Numbered from the stretch's first letter, positions 49,598-59,553 are shown. The stretch is 64,000 nucleotides of DNA from Planctomycetota bacterium (GCA_965228735.1 OZ245838.1:5120001-5184000), one strand, 5' to 3'. Numbers and translations: made by a program. Notes: generated by a model from the sequence alone, not told the origin.

Positions 49598-52132
49598 CTA
49601 CTTGCCGGCCGCGAGCTTCTCGCGCCACGGCTTTGCGGCGTCCGGGCGGTCCCAGGCCTCGTAGAGCTTGACCATCTCGGCCCAGTTGCTGCGCGTGCGC
49701 ATGTGCTCGTTGCCGAGCTTCTGCTCGAGCACCGCGCGGGCGCGCCCGTAGGCGTCCTCGGCTTCGGCGAAGCGTTCGAGCTTGCGCAGCACCATGCCGC
49801 GGTGCTGTCGGAAGACGGCGACGCGCCAGTTGTTCTCACCGAGCAGATCGACCGCGTCGACGAGCAGCGCGTCGAGTACGGTGAGCGCCTCCTCGCGTTT
49901 CTGCGGCTCTTCGGGTTGGCTGTGCAGCGAGACGGCGAGGTTGAAGCGCGCGATCACGTCGGCGAGCTCCGTCGATGCACCGGACCCGGCGCGCGCTGCG
50001 AGGATCTCGCGGTAGATCGCCTCGGCCTCGGCGAAGCGCTTCTGGCGTTCGTGGCAGAGTGCGCGGTTGCTGGCGTAGCGCACGGTCGCCGGGTGCGCCG
50101 GACCCGAGACGCGCAGGCTCGCCGCGTGCAGCTTCTCGAACTGCGCGAGCGCCGCGTCGAGCTCGCCCTGGTGGAACAAGAACACGGCGAACGAATTGCG
50201 CGCGGACAGCGTGTCGGGATCCTCGTCGCCGAGGTGCTCGGACGCCAGGTCGCAGGTGCGTTCGAAGGCCGCACGGGCTTCGTCGTTCTGCTTCAGCCCT
50301 TGCAGGCAGAGTGCCGAGCCGAGGTGCGCGCGGATCGACGAGTAGTGGCCCTCGCCGTGCAGCTTCTCGACGAGGGGGAGCGCGGCGTCGTAGGCGGCCT
50401 TGGCCTGCTCGAACTTGCGCAGCTCGTGCAACACGGCGCCGAGCGACATGTAGATGCCGGCGAACTCGTGCGGGCTGACGTTCTTGCCTTCTTGCAGCGT
50501 CGTGAGCGCGTCGCGCAGGATGGGCTCCGCCTCGATGCTGCGGCCCGTGCCGTTGAGCGCGCGCGCCTGGCCCGCCTGCACGATCCGCACCGCGCGCGGC
50601 ATCGATTCTCGCTGATCGCCGATGCGCTCCCACGCCTTGTCGAACTCGGCGAACGCCTCGTCGTTGAGGCCGAGGCCGTGGTAGGACGCGCCGAGCGCCG
50701 CGTGCATCGTGGCCGCCACCCGGTCGCTCAGCGGCGTCCGCGGCAGCCGGGTGCTCCATTCGCGCACGACGTCGGCGAGCTTCTTGTTCTTGTCGCCGCG
50801 CGCGCCGCCGAGCAGCTGGAACTGCATCTGCGCGACCTGCCACATCTCGTTGGCGTTCTGCTCGGCCTCCTGCCGGCGGTCCTCGGCGAGCGCCTCGGCG
50901 TCGAGCGCGCGGCGCCAGCCGACCGATGTCGCGATCGTGCCGCCGATGAGCGCGAGCAGCACGGCCACTGCCGCGGTGACGGCGACGCGGTTGCGCGCGA
51001 TGAACTTCCGCAGGAGATACGCCGCGCTCGGCGGGCCGGCCTCCACGGGTTCGCCCCGTCGCAGCCGCCGCAGCTCTTCGCGCAGCGCCTGCGCCGACGC
51101 GTAGCGTTCGTCGGGCGACTTGCTCAGCGCCTTCGCGAGGATCCAGTCGAGATCGACCGGCAGATCACGGCCCACGGGTGAGGGCACGAGCGACACCCGC
51201 AGCGGCACCTGCGTGCGGATCACGTCCGTGGCGCGGCCGAGTGGCAGGCCATCGAGCTCGAGCGGCAGGCGGCCGGTGAGCAGCTGATAGAGGATCACGC
51301 CGAGCGCGTAGACGTCGACGCGCGTGTCGATCGCCGCGCCGCCCTGGTCGAGCTGCTCGGGCGCCATGTAGGCCAGCGTGCCGACGACGTTGTCCGACTC
51401 GCTCGACAGCGTCGCCTGCCAGTCGGTGCCGCCCGCCCGCGCGATGCCGAAGTCGATGAGCTTGGGTTGGCCCGCGCGGTCGACGAGCACGTTCGCCGGT
51501 TTGAGGTCGCGGTGCACGACGCCGCGCTGGTGGCCGTGGTGGACCGCGTCGCAGACGCGTTCGACGAGTTCGATGATCGCCGTGACATCGAGCTGCCGAT
51601 CGCTGACGTCGTCGTCGAGCGGGCGGCCGCCGTCGATGAGCTCCATCGCGAAGTACGGCTGCGGCACGCCATCCGCTTCGAACGTCGCCGCCTCGTAGAC
51701 CTGCGCGATGCCCGGGTGCTGCAGGCGGGCGAGGATCTCGGCTTCGTACTCGAAGCGAACGCGCGCCTTCTCGTCGCCGATCGCCTGGCGCATCACCTTG
51801 AGCGCGACGCGCCGGCGCGGGCGTTCTTGTTCGGCCTCGAACACCGTGCCCATGCCGCCACGACCGAGCACGGCCGCGAGCCGGAACGAGCCGATGGTCC
51901 GGCCGAGCCACTGCGCGCCCGCGTCGGCCGGCAGGTCGGCGATGTCCGGAACCGCGGGCGGGGTGTCGAGCACCGACGAACCGTCGGCATCGATCCGGAG
52001 CAGCTTGTCGACCTCGGCGATCAGGTCGGCGTCGCCACCCGTGGTCTCGCGCAGCCAGTCGCTCCGTTCATCGGGGGCCACGTCGAGCGCCCGCTCGAAC
52101 AGGTCGCGGATGGCTTGGAAGGAATGCGCCAC
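49598..52132 (-). CDS. Membrane Ser/Thr kinase with C-terminal TPR repeats
   Basis: GRGGMGTV, VALK, HRDLKPAN, DFG and YMAPEQ; TM segment; kinesin-light-chain-like TPRs; GTG start. Confidence 0.92.
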   Translation of the reverse strand: MAHSFQAIRDLFERALDVAPDERSDWLRETTGGDADLIAEVDKLLRIDADGSSVLDTPPAVPDIADLPADAGAQWLGRTIGSFRLAAVLGRGGMGTVFEAEQERPRRRVALKVMRQAIGDEKARVRFEYEAEILARLQHPGIAQVYEAATFEADGVPQPYFAMELIDGGRPLDDDVSDRQLDVTAIIELVERVCDAVHHGHQRGVVHRDLKPANVLVDRAGQPKLIDFGIARAGGTDWQATLSSESDNVVGTLAYMAPEQLDQGGAAIDTRVDVYALGVILYQLLTGRLPLELDGLPLGRATDVIRTQVPLRVSLVPSPVGRDLPVDLDWILAKALSKSPDERYASAQALREELRRLRRGEPVEAGPPSAAYLLRKFIARNRVAVTAAVAVLLALIGGTIATSVGWRRALDAEALAEDRRQEAEQNANEMWQVAQMQFQLLGGARGDKNKKLADVVREWSTRLPRTPLSDRVAATMHAALGASYHGLGLNDEAFAEFDKAWERIGDQRESMPRAVRIVQAGQARALNGTGRSIEAEPILRDALTTLQEGKNVSPHEFAGIYMSLGAVLHELRKFEQAKAAYDAALPLVEKLHGEGHYSSIRAHLGSALCLQGLKQNDEARAAFERTCDLASEHLGDEDPDTLSARNSFAVFLFHQGELDAALAQFEKLHAASLRVSGPAHPATVRYASNRALCHERQKRFAEAEAIYREILAARAGSGASTELADVIARFNLAVSLHSQPEEPQKREEALTVLDALLVDAVDLLGENNWRVAVFRQHRGMVLRKLERFAEAEDAYGRARAVLEQKLGNEHMRTRSNWAEMVKLYEAWDRPDAAKPWREKLAAGK

Positions 52133-52203
52133 GGAACCAGTGTACCGGATCCGTGGCGTTGGGCCTCTGCCGGGTCGAGCCGATGGGGCCCGTCAGCAGC
52201 GCG

Positions 52204-53007
52204 TCAGCACGGCTTGTCGGCGAGACCGGGGGCGGCCGCGAACAGCGAGAACATCGCGCCCGTCGGGTCGGTCAGCATCGAGAAGCTGCCGACCTCGGGG
52301 ATCGGAATGCTCTCCATCATCGCGTTGGCACCGAGCTCTTTGGCCTTGTTGGTCGCGGCCTGCAGGTCCTCGACGAAGAAGTAGACGACCCAGCACGGCG
52401 GCACGCCGGGCATCGGGTGCTTCATGAGCCCGCCGGCCTGCTTGTCGCCGAGCATCTGCACGTGATACATGCCGGCTTCGCCCATGTCCTTCTTCTGTGC
52501 TTCCCAGCCGAACAGGCCCGAGTAGAAGTCCTGGCCGCCGTCCGGATCGGGCGTGTAGACCTCGTTCCAGCAGACGCGCCCCGGCACGGGGAAGTCGGGA
52601 TCGGCGCCCTGCGACTCGGGGTTGCCGGTGTAGATCGACAGGTAGGCGCCCTGCGGATCCTCGATGACCGAGAACCGCCCCGTCGCCGGGATGTCGGTCG
52701 GCGGCACGCACACCTTGCCACCGAGCTCGGTGACCTTCTTGGCGGCCTCGTCGACGTTCTCGACCGCGACGTACGGCATCCAGTGCGCGGCGGGGATGTT
52801 GGGCTCTTCGACGATGCCGCCGATCGGGCCCGGCCCGCAGGTGATCATGTGATAGGTGTGTTCACCCATCGGGACGGCGTCGATCTGCCAGTCGAACAGC
52901 GAGCCGTAGAACTGCTGTGCGGTCTTGGCGTCCTTCGTCATGAGGTCGTGCCAGACGAAGCGGCCCGGCCATGGGCCTGCTGAGGGCGAACCTTGGGATT
53001 GCGTCAT
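52204..53007 (-). CDS. Two-domain VOC/glyoxalase family protein (CFP32-like)
   Basis: GRFVWHDL...DPQGA and GRVCWNE...DPTGA duplicated VOC modules; AAGGAG RBS. Confidence 0.88.
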   Translation of the reverse strand: MTQSQGSPSAGPWPGRFVWHDLMTKDAKTAQQFYGSLFDWQIDAVPMGEHTYHMITCGPGPIGGIVEEPNIPAAHWMPYVAVENVDEAAKKVTELGGKVCVPPTDIPATGRFSVIEDPQGAYLSIYTGNPESQGADPDFPVPGRVCWNEVYTPDPDGGQDFYSGLFGWEAQKKDMGEAGMYHVQMLGDKQAGGLMKHPMPGVPPCWVVYFFVEDLQAATNKAKELGANAMMESIPIPEVGSFSMLTDPTGAMFSLFAAAPGLADKPC

Positions 53008-53123
53008 GAGTGGCTCCTTGGGAAAGGGGGAACGAGTGTCCCGGATCCGACGAGCGGACGCACCCGGGATCGACATTCGATCCCGGGAAAGTTGTCGGGG
53101 TGCGCGCTCATGCATGGCGCGGG

Positions 53124-53336
53124 CTAGTCGTCGCTACCGCCTGGGGGCGGTGGAATACACGCCTCGGTGGTCTTGTCCCATTCGCCATTGTCCTGGCAAC
53201 GCCAGACCTTCTCGGTAGCGGGATCGCAGTAGGTCTCCCCCGGTTCGTAGGACTTGTCGCGGATCCAGCAGAGGGCCGTCTTCGGGATCGGTTCGTCTTC
53301 TGGTTGCGGTTCGGGCGCGGACTGAGACTCGGTCAT
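53124..53336 (-). CDS. Small 70-aa four-cysteine protein (DUF1496/VWC-like spacing)
   Basis: Strong GAAGGAGA RBS; C.....Y..GE..C.........C..NG.W......C. Confidence 0.65.
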   Translation of the reverse strand: MTESQSAPEPQPEDEPIPKTALCWIRDKSYEPGETYCDPATEKVWRCQDNGEWDKTTEACIPPPPGGSDD

Positions 53337-53443
53337 CGGTTCTCCTTCGACCCCGTTCGACCGGGGTCCTGCTGCATGGTTGGAGCGGGATTCGTAGCAG
53401 ACCCCGGTTCGACCCCTTGCGACCCTACTGGCCCGATGCGCGA

Positions 53444-54076
53444 TCAGTGATCTCGAATCTGATCGAGCACCGTGTCAGGAACGAGCGCGCGAAGCTTCTC
53501 CAGAGCCCGCCCGTAACGCTGCGCCACGGTATTCGCCGGCTCGTCGAGGAGCAAGGCTGCCTCGTGGTTCGGCAGCTGCTCGATGCCGCGGAGGATCACC
53601 GTCTTGCGATCCTCCGGGCCGAGTTCGTCGAGGGCGGCGAGCAGCCTCGCGGCCTCTTCGTCGCGAATCGCGTGCTGGATCGCCCCCGTGGCCGACGCGG
53701 GCAACTGGGACTCGGACAACCGCTGGCGCGGCGCACCCTTCATGTGGCGCTTCAGCATGTTGGCGTGACAACGCCACATCACCCCGGCGAGGAAGCGGAG
53801 CAGCACGGGGGTCATCTGGCCCTGGCGCGACTCGAGGTCGGCGAGCCGCGGCAGCGTGATCGCCCAGACTTCCTGCACGAGGTCGTCGGCGTCCAGGTGC
53901 TGCCGCAGTCGGCTCCCGATTCGCTGGCGCGCCGAGGCCATGAGCATCGGCGTGTACTTCCGCAGCACCCAGTCGAGGCTCTCCGGGTTTCCCGTGAGCG
54001 CTCCGCGGATCGCCATCGACGTGCGATCGTGATCGCGCGGGTCGTCGGGTTCGGGCGCTGCCATGGGGGGTGGCAT
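53444..54076 (-). CDS. ECF RNA polymerase sigma-70 factor
   Basis: Region 2 RLRQHLDADDLVQEVW; region 4 LGPEDRKTVILR...EAALLL...TVAQRYGRAL. Confidence 0.85.
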   Translation of the reverse strand: MPPPMAAPEPDDPRDHDRTSMAIRGALTGNPESLDWVLRKYTPMLMASARQRIGSRLRQHLDADDLVQEVWAITLPRLADLESRQGQMTPVLLRFLAGVMWRCHANMLKRHMKGAPRQRLSESQLPASATGAIQHAIRDEEAARLLAALDELGPEDRKTVILRGIEQLPNHEAALLLDEPANTVAQRYGRALEKLRALVPDTVLDQIRDH

Positions 54077-54179
54077 GCGGCGCAGTGTCGGTCGCACGAC
54101 CATGGTGGTCAAGCCGACGCCGGAGCCCCCGGGGGTGGCCGTGACAAAGGCCCGCCGGTCGACGAAGATGCAAGGCTCC

Positions 54180-57100
54180 ATGGCATCGGACCGGAACCCC
54201 GATGTGGTCGTCACCGCGTTTCTCGCCCAGGTCGAGACCGACATCGCCAACGGCATCACGCGCGACCTGCAGGAGTACCTGGCGCGGTACCCGGGCTACG
54301 AGCAGGAAGTCTCGGCGGCCTACGAACAGCTGTCGGAAGATCTCGTCGAAGACGAGTTCGAGCTCGCGGGTGAACTGAGCCCGGGCGACGCGTTCGCCGG
54401 CTACGAGATCCTCGCGGTGCGCGGCCGCGGCGGTCAGGGCGTCGTCTACGAGGCGAGCGACCCCGGGATGGGGCGCGCGATCGCGCTCAAGGTTCTGCAT
54501 CGTTCGCAGCTCTGGTCGCCGGCGGCGCATCAACGCTTCGCGCGCGAAGTGCACGTCATGGCGCGGCTCTCGCATCCGGGCATCACGCCGGTGTTCGCGC
54601 GTGGATTCGAAAACGGTCTGCCATGGGTCGCGATGGAACTGCTCGAAGGCGAGACGATCGGTGCGCGGCTGCAACGCCAACGCGAGGCCGGAGGGGGCGA
54701 CGAACGCGCGGGTTTCGTCGACTGGCGGCGGGCCGTGCGTTGGGTGCACGACGCCGCGGTGGCGGTGGCGCATGCGCAGTCCGCCGGCATTCTGCACCGC
54801 GATCTCAAGCCCGGTAACCTGTGGCTCGAGCACGGGGATCGCGTTCGGGTTCTCGACTTCGGGTTGGCGGTCGAGTTCGACGACGACGGGTCGAAGTCGG
54901 AGCTCACGATGAGCGGGGAGCACTTCGGAACGCCGGGCTACATGGCGCCCGAGCAGCTGAGCAACGACTTCGGCGATCCGACGACGGCGACCGACACGTT
55001 CGGGCTCGGCGTCGTGCTCTTCGAGGCCGTCGCGGCGCGCAAGCCGTTTCGCTCGACGAGCCTCGGAGCCTACGAGCGGGCCCTGCTCGCCGGCCCTCCG
55101 GACGTGCGGGCCGGCGCGCCGCAGTCCCTGCCGCGTGACCTCTCGGTCCTGCTCCGCGTCGCGCTCGCCACCCGTCCGAGTGAACGCTACGCGGACGCCG
55201 CCGCGCTCGCCGCGGACCTCGATCGCGTGCTCGAAGGGCGACCGATCCAGGCCGTGCCGCCGGGGCCGCTCGTGCGCGTCTGGCGCTGGGCGCAGCGCGA
55301 GACGAAGTTGGCCGTGGCGATCGCGGGCGCGTTCCTCGTGCTCCTCGGCAGTCTCGTCGCGGTGTCGGTTGCGTTCGCGCGGGCGGAGGCGAGTGCCTAC
55401 AGCTCGGCCGTTACCGCGGCCCGCGCGCTCGCGCAGAACGGCGACTTTGCGGAGGCTCGACGCGTGCTCGAGAACTGCCCCGAGTCGCAACGAGCCTGGT
55501 TGTACGAGCTGCTGCATCACGAGCTCTACAGCGGCCTCGAGTTGACGGACGAAGTTCGCGACGCCGTTGCGGCCGCGGTGGCGTCGCCGACCTTGCTCTC
55601 GACGAAGCACGAGGGCGAACGGCTCTTCTGCTCGTTTGCAGAGCAGACCATCGAGTTGCCGGTCGAGGAATGGGCCGAGCCCGTGTATGCGGTTGCCGCC
55701 GACGGGCGCGCGTTTGCCGTCGCGACGCGTCCGGCCTTCAGCGGTGCGGCGCGCTACCGGGTCGTCGGTGTCCGCGGCGACGGCGGCCTCGAGGTCGTGG
55801 CGGACTGGGTCCTGCAGCGCGCGGAGGCGAACGCGATCTCGTTCTCGGCCGATGGCCAGTGGCTCTGGGGTGCGACGAGCCACCCTGGCGAACGGGAGCG
55901 GCCGCGCCTCTACGCCTGGCGCATCTCTTGTGCCGCGGCCGGCAGGAACGCGGCGTTGGTCGAACGGATCCTCCCCGGCGCGCGGGTGTCCGCGCTGCTC
56001 GGCCTGCCGGACGGCAGCGTTGCGTTGGGGCGCCAGGACGGGGTCGTGGAGCTGGTAGCACTCGCGGAAGACATCGCGCCCGTGCCGATGGCGTTCCATG
56101 CGGCGCCGATCGGCCGGCTCGTGCGAACGCCGGTCGGGTTTGCCTCCGAGGACAACACCGGCTCGGTGCGGCGTTGGGATGTGACCCTGCGCGGTGCGGC
56201 GCGGCGGCTGGACATCGGGGAGCACGGCGTCTACGCGCTCCGCTGGCGCGAAGATCACGCCGTCGAGATCTGGACCTACAAGGGCTGCCGCGCCGTTTGG
56301 CGGCCCCGGGATCACATCCTGTTGCCGGTCGGAGACGTCGAGCGCCCTGCGGGGTCGCGCCGACCCGGTGCGAGCATCGAGCCGAAGCATCGTCGAGCCG
56401 AACATCCGACCGAGCCGATCGTCGCGACGGGCACCAGCGACGGCTTGCTCGCGTTGGCGTTCGATGGCCAGGCGGCGACCATGTCGTGGCGCACCGAGTC
56501 GGCCGGTGTCTCGGCGGTCGCATTCTCACCGGACGGCACGCACCTCGCCGTTGGGCATGACAACGGCGCAGTGGCGGTCTACAGCGCGGAGCGCTTTCGT
56601 TCGGGGCACGAGAACGAGGTCGCGGCGACCGAGCGCGCGTGGCAGCTGCGTGCCGAACTCGGCCACGATTTCGAACTCCTGCGCGACACGTTTGCGTTGG
56701 CGGGTCACGCCGACGCGGGGTTCGACGCGTGGGACGAGTTCGCTCGCCTTCGCCTTGGATGGCGCCGTGAGGGCAGGGTCTGGGATGTGTTGTGGGAGCT
56801 CGCCACGATCCCGTTCGCGCCGCGGGCGGTTCGGGAATGGTCCCTGGACCGAGTGCGGAGTGCCGTCGGTCCGAAGTGTCGGTTCCCTGGGATCGAGTTG
56901 GCTCTGTTCGAGGGCGCGCTGCGACTCGACCGCCTCGACGAGGCCGCTGCGATGCTCGACGCCGGGTTGGTCGTCAGCCCCGGTTCGCAGCTGTTGTTCC
57001 ACGCCAGGCGTGGCACTCCGCCGACGCCCGAGGAGCTCGCCGAACTGGAGGCCTCGCATCCTGTGCGGGTCGAGTTGGTGGCGCGGCAGGACCGGGTCGG

Positions 57101-57641
57101 CACATTGGCGTGGGAGTGGCTCACGCGGACCACTGGCGATGGCGTCAGGTGGTCGGACGTGCTGGATCGTCTGAAGTCGGCCGAGGATCTGCCGGTCGAG
57201 GCCCGCGCGCGCGCAGCCGAGATCTTCACCGCGAGTATCGACGACCACGTCCGAGCCAGCTTGGAACGGACGTGTGCCGCGTTCTTCAGAGCACCCGAGC
57301 TGCCGGCCGTGCTGGCAGATTCCCTCCGGCAGTGGGCCGAGATCGTCGGGAGCAAACCGACTCCGCGCGCACGGTCGATCCACGCGGCCGTGCTGCTGCG
57401 GGCGGGCGATGCCCGGGGTGCGCTCGACGTGCTCGAGAGCTTCGCCGCGCCGGACTTCGACTGGGCCGCGGCCGAAACGCTCGGGGTCGCCGTCTACGCG
57501 CTGGCCCAGCTCGAATCCGAGAACGTCGAAGCGGCTCGGAGGTGGCGCGACCGGTTGCTCCTGCGGTGGTCGAAGCCGGATGCCCGCGACAGTCCCCAGG
57601 CAGCATTCGCCCTGCACGAGCTGGCGCGGAAGCTGCGGTAA
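54180..57641 (+). CDS. Ser/Thr kinase with degenerate WD40-like repeats and a helical C-terminus
   Basis: GRGGQGVV, IALK, HRDLKPGN, DFG and GTPGYMAPEQ; hydrophobic segment; AVAFSPDG-type WD repeats; alternative start 54168. Confidence 0.88.
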   Translation: MASDRNPDVVVTAFLAQVETDIANGITRDLQEYLARYPGYEQEVSAAYEQLSEDLVEDEFELAGELSPGDAFAGYEILAVRGRGGQGVVYEASDPGMGRAIALKVLHRSQLWSPAAHQRFAREVHVMARLSHPGITPVFARGFENGLPWVAMELLEGETIGARLQRQREAGGGDERAGFVDWRRAVRWVHDAAVAVAHAQSAGILHRDLKPGNLWLEHGDRVRVLDFGLAVEFDDDGSKSELTMSGEHFGTPGYMAPEQLSNDFGDPTTATDTFGLGVVLFEAVAARKPFRSTSLGAYERALLAGPPDVRAGAPQSLPRDLSVLLRVALATRPSERYADAAALAADLDRVLEGRPIQAVPPGPLVRVWRWAQRETKLAVAIAGAFLVLLGSLVAVSVAFARAEASAYSSAVTAARALAQNGDFAEARRVLENCPESQRAWLYELLHHELYSGLELTDEVRDAVAAAVASPTLLSTKHEGERLFCSFAEQTIELPVEEWAEPVYAVAADGRAFAVATRPAFSGAARYRVVGVRGDGGLEVVADWVLQRAEANAISFSADGQWLWGATSHPGERERPRLYAWRISCAAAGRNAALVERILPGARVSALLGLPDGSVALGRQDGVVELVALAEDIAPVPMAFHAAPIGRLVRTPVGFASEDNTGSVRRWDVTLRGAARRLDIGEHGVYALRWREDHAVEIWTYKGCRAVWRPRDHILLPVGDVERPAGSRRPGASIEPKHRRAEHPTEPIVATGTSDGLLALAFDGQAATMSWRTESAGVSAVAFSPDGTHLAVGHDNGAVAVYSAERFRSGHENEVAATERAWQLRAELGHDFELLRDTFALAGHADAGFDAWDEFARLRLGWRREGRVWDVLWELATIPFAPRAVREWSLDRVRSAVGPKCRFPGIELALFEGALRLDRLDEAAAMLDAGLVVSPGSQLLFHARRGTPPTPEELAELEASHPVRVELVARQDRVGTLAWEWLTRTTGDGVRWSDVLDRLKSAEDLPVEARARAAEIFTASIDDHVRASLERTCAAFFRAPELPAVLADSLRQWAEIVGSKPTPRARSIHAAVLLRAGDARGALDVLESFAAPDFDWAAAETLGVAVYALAQLESENVEAARRWRDRLLLRWSKPDARDSPQAAFALHELARKLR

Positions 57642-58113
57642 TCCACTGTCAGCGAGAGACTTGAAGAGGAAGCCGAAACGCTCTCAGAAGCCGTAACCGC
57701 GAAAAATCGAGAATTCCGCGGCGGTCCCGTCACCAACCGCCCGCTCCCGGCATTAGACCTCCGTGAGCCAGTCTCGTCGCCAGCTCCGAACGCCAGCCCG
57801 ATCCGCGCCTACGCGGCATCGCCCCCCGTTCGGCCCGACCGACCGCTCCCACGGCACAACGCGGACGACCCTCGCCCTTGCCTCAGTTGGCGTTTGGTCG
57901 CGGAATGGAAGGACGGGAAGAAGGAGAGTCGCGAGGGGAATGAGTCGGTAGCGGCCCGCGTTGAGTTGCGCCGTGGGGCCGGGGAATCCCCACGACGCGG
58001 CCCACCGTGAGCCGCTGCCTGCTCGCTTTTTTTGGTGCAGTTGCTACTGTGCCCGGTCCCCGTGATGTCGGGTCCGTGTGACATGGACCTGGCGTCGAAT
58101 TGACTGACCAAGT

Positions 58114-58190
58114 CGGAGCGTAGCGCAGCCTGGTAGCGCACCTGCATGGGGTGCAGGGGGTCGGAGGTTCAAATCCTCTCGCTCCGACCA
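58114..58190 (+). tRNA. tRNA-Pro (anticodon GGG)
   Basis: CGGAGCG/CGCTCCG acceptor stem; D-arm TAGCGCAGCCTGGTAGCGC; CCTGC-AT-GGG-GT-GCAGG anticodon arm; GGTTCAAATCC; encoded CCA. Confidence 0.97.
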
Positions 58191-58270
58191 CTTCCTTTCG
58201 GATACACCTAATTTGCCGAGCGGGACTTATGTCCTGCACCTGACCAAGGGGTCAGCGCGGCTCCCGATGC

Positions 58271-58293
58271 AAAAGGTCGAAATTCGACCTTTT
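58271..58293. repeat. Perfect 11-bp inverted repeat upstream of the integrase
   Basis: AAAAGGTCGAA-A-TTCGACCTTTT. Confidence 0.85.
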
Positions 58294-58314
58294 CCAACCT
58301 CGGAGCACCGCGCG

Positions 58315-59538
58315 ATGAGCAACCAAGGACCCCGACTGCTGCGTAGCAAGGACGGCTACGCCTACTCCAAGTTCAACGGCCGCAAGATCAACTTCGGTCG
58401 CCACGACGACCCCGACGCCAAGTTCCGCTTCGACGCCTTCAAGGCGCGGTGGCTGTTGAACGGGCGCGAGCTCACCGACGACATGCTGCCGACGCGCGCT
58501 GTTCGTCGTGACGCGATGACCGTCGACCAGCTCGCCGAGACGTTCCTCGCGCACGTACGCGAGCGCTACGACGCGGACTGGCAGCGATGCAACTACTACC
58601 GCATCGAGCACGGCTTGAAGCCGATGCGCGAACTCTATGGCCCTGATGCCGCCGAGTCGTTTACCCCGAAGAAGCTGCAGGCCGTGCGGCGACACATGAT
58701 CGATGGCGGTCGCCTCTCGCGCGGCGAGATCAACCGACGCGTGCTCGAGATTCGCCGGTGCTTCACGTGGGCTGTCGCGGAAGAGCTCGTTCCCGGTGAT
58801 CGCGCGCATGCGCTGGCGGCCGTGAAGGGGCTGCGACCGGGGGAGTATGGAGTGCGCGACACCGAGAAGGTGCGGCCAGTCGAGCGCGCTGCTGTCGACG
58901 CGACGCTGCCATTTCTAACGAGGCCACTCACCGCGCTCGTTGAGCTCATGTGGTGGAGCGGGGCGCGACCAAGCGAACTGTTCGGCCTCCGACCGGTGGA
59001 TATCGACCGGTCTGGCGAAGCCTGGGTCGTGCAACTGAAGAAGCACAAGACCGCGAAGAAAGGAAAGAGGCGCGAGCTCTACTTCGGACCCGAGGCGCAA
59101 CGTGTCCTCCGGCCGTTCCTGCGGCGTGCGAAGGGCCAGGTCCTGTTCTCGCCAGCCGAGTCAGTTGCGGAGATGGAGCAGCGCAAGCGGATGAAGCGCA
59201 CGACTCCGCTGTATCGCTCGCATGTTGCTCGCTACGAGCGGGAGCGAGACGAGCGGCCGGATCGCAAGTTCGACGAGACCTTCTCAGCGAGGACGTTCAA
59301 CCGAGCGATTACTCGAGCTGTGAAGCAGGCGAACCGGGGGCGTGCGGAAGACGGTCTCGAACCGATCCCGAACTGGTCGCCCTACCAGTTACGCCACGCT
59401 GCAGCGACGCGCATCCGCGAGCAGTTCGGCATCGAGATGGTGCGCGTGCTACTCGGGCACAGCAGTGCGACGATGGCGGAACACTACGCGGAGATCGATC
59501 TGCGGAAGGCGAGGAGCGTCATGGAGCAGGCCGGGTAG
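58315..59538 (+). CDS. Tyrosine recombinase / integrase
   Basis: GARPSE (R), KHKT (K), YQLRH, LLGH and EHYA (Tyr); N-terminal arm-binding-like domain; alternative start 58267. Confidence 0.92.
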   Translation: MSNQGPRLLRSKDGYAYSKFNGRKINFGRHDDPDAKFRFDAFKARWLLNGRELTDDMLPTRAVRRDAMTVDQLAETFLAHVRERYDADWQRCNYYRIEHGLKPMRELYGPDAAESFTPKKLQAVRRHMIDGGRLSRGEINRRVLEIRRCFTWAVAEELVPGDRAHALAAVKGLRPGEYGVRDTEKVRPVERAAVDATLPFLTRPLTALVELMWWSGARPSELFGLRPVDIDRSGEAWVVQLKKHKTAKKGKRRELYFGPEAQRVLRPFLRRAKGQVLFSPAESVAEMEQRKRMKRTTPLYRSHVARYERERDERPDRKFDETFSARTFNRAITRAVKQANRGRAEDGLEPIPNWSPYQLRHAAATRIREQFGIEMVRVLLGHSSATMAEHYAEIDLRKARSVMEQAG

Positions 59539-59553
59539 TGGTAGGATTGCGAA

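Noticed and set aside
57860..58033. Identification of the structured region as SRP RNA, 6S RNA or tRNA-Sec
   Set aside because: It lacks the SRP domain IV consensus and any cloverleaf, and 6S cannot be established by eye; kept only as an unnamed candidate
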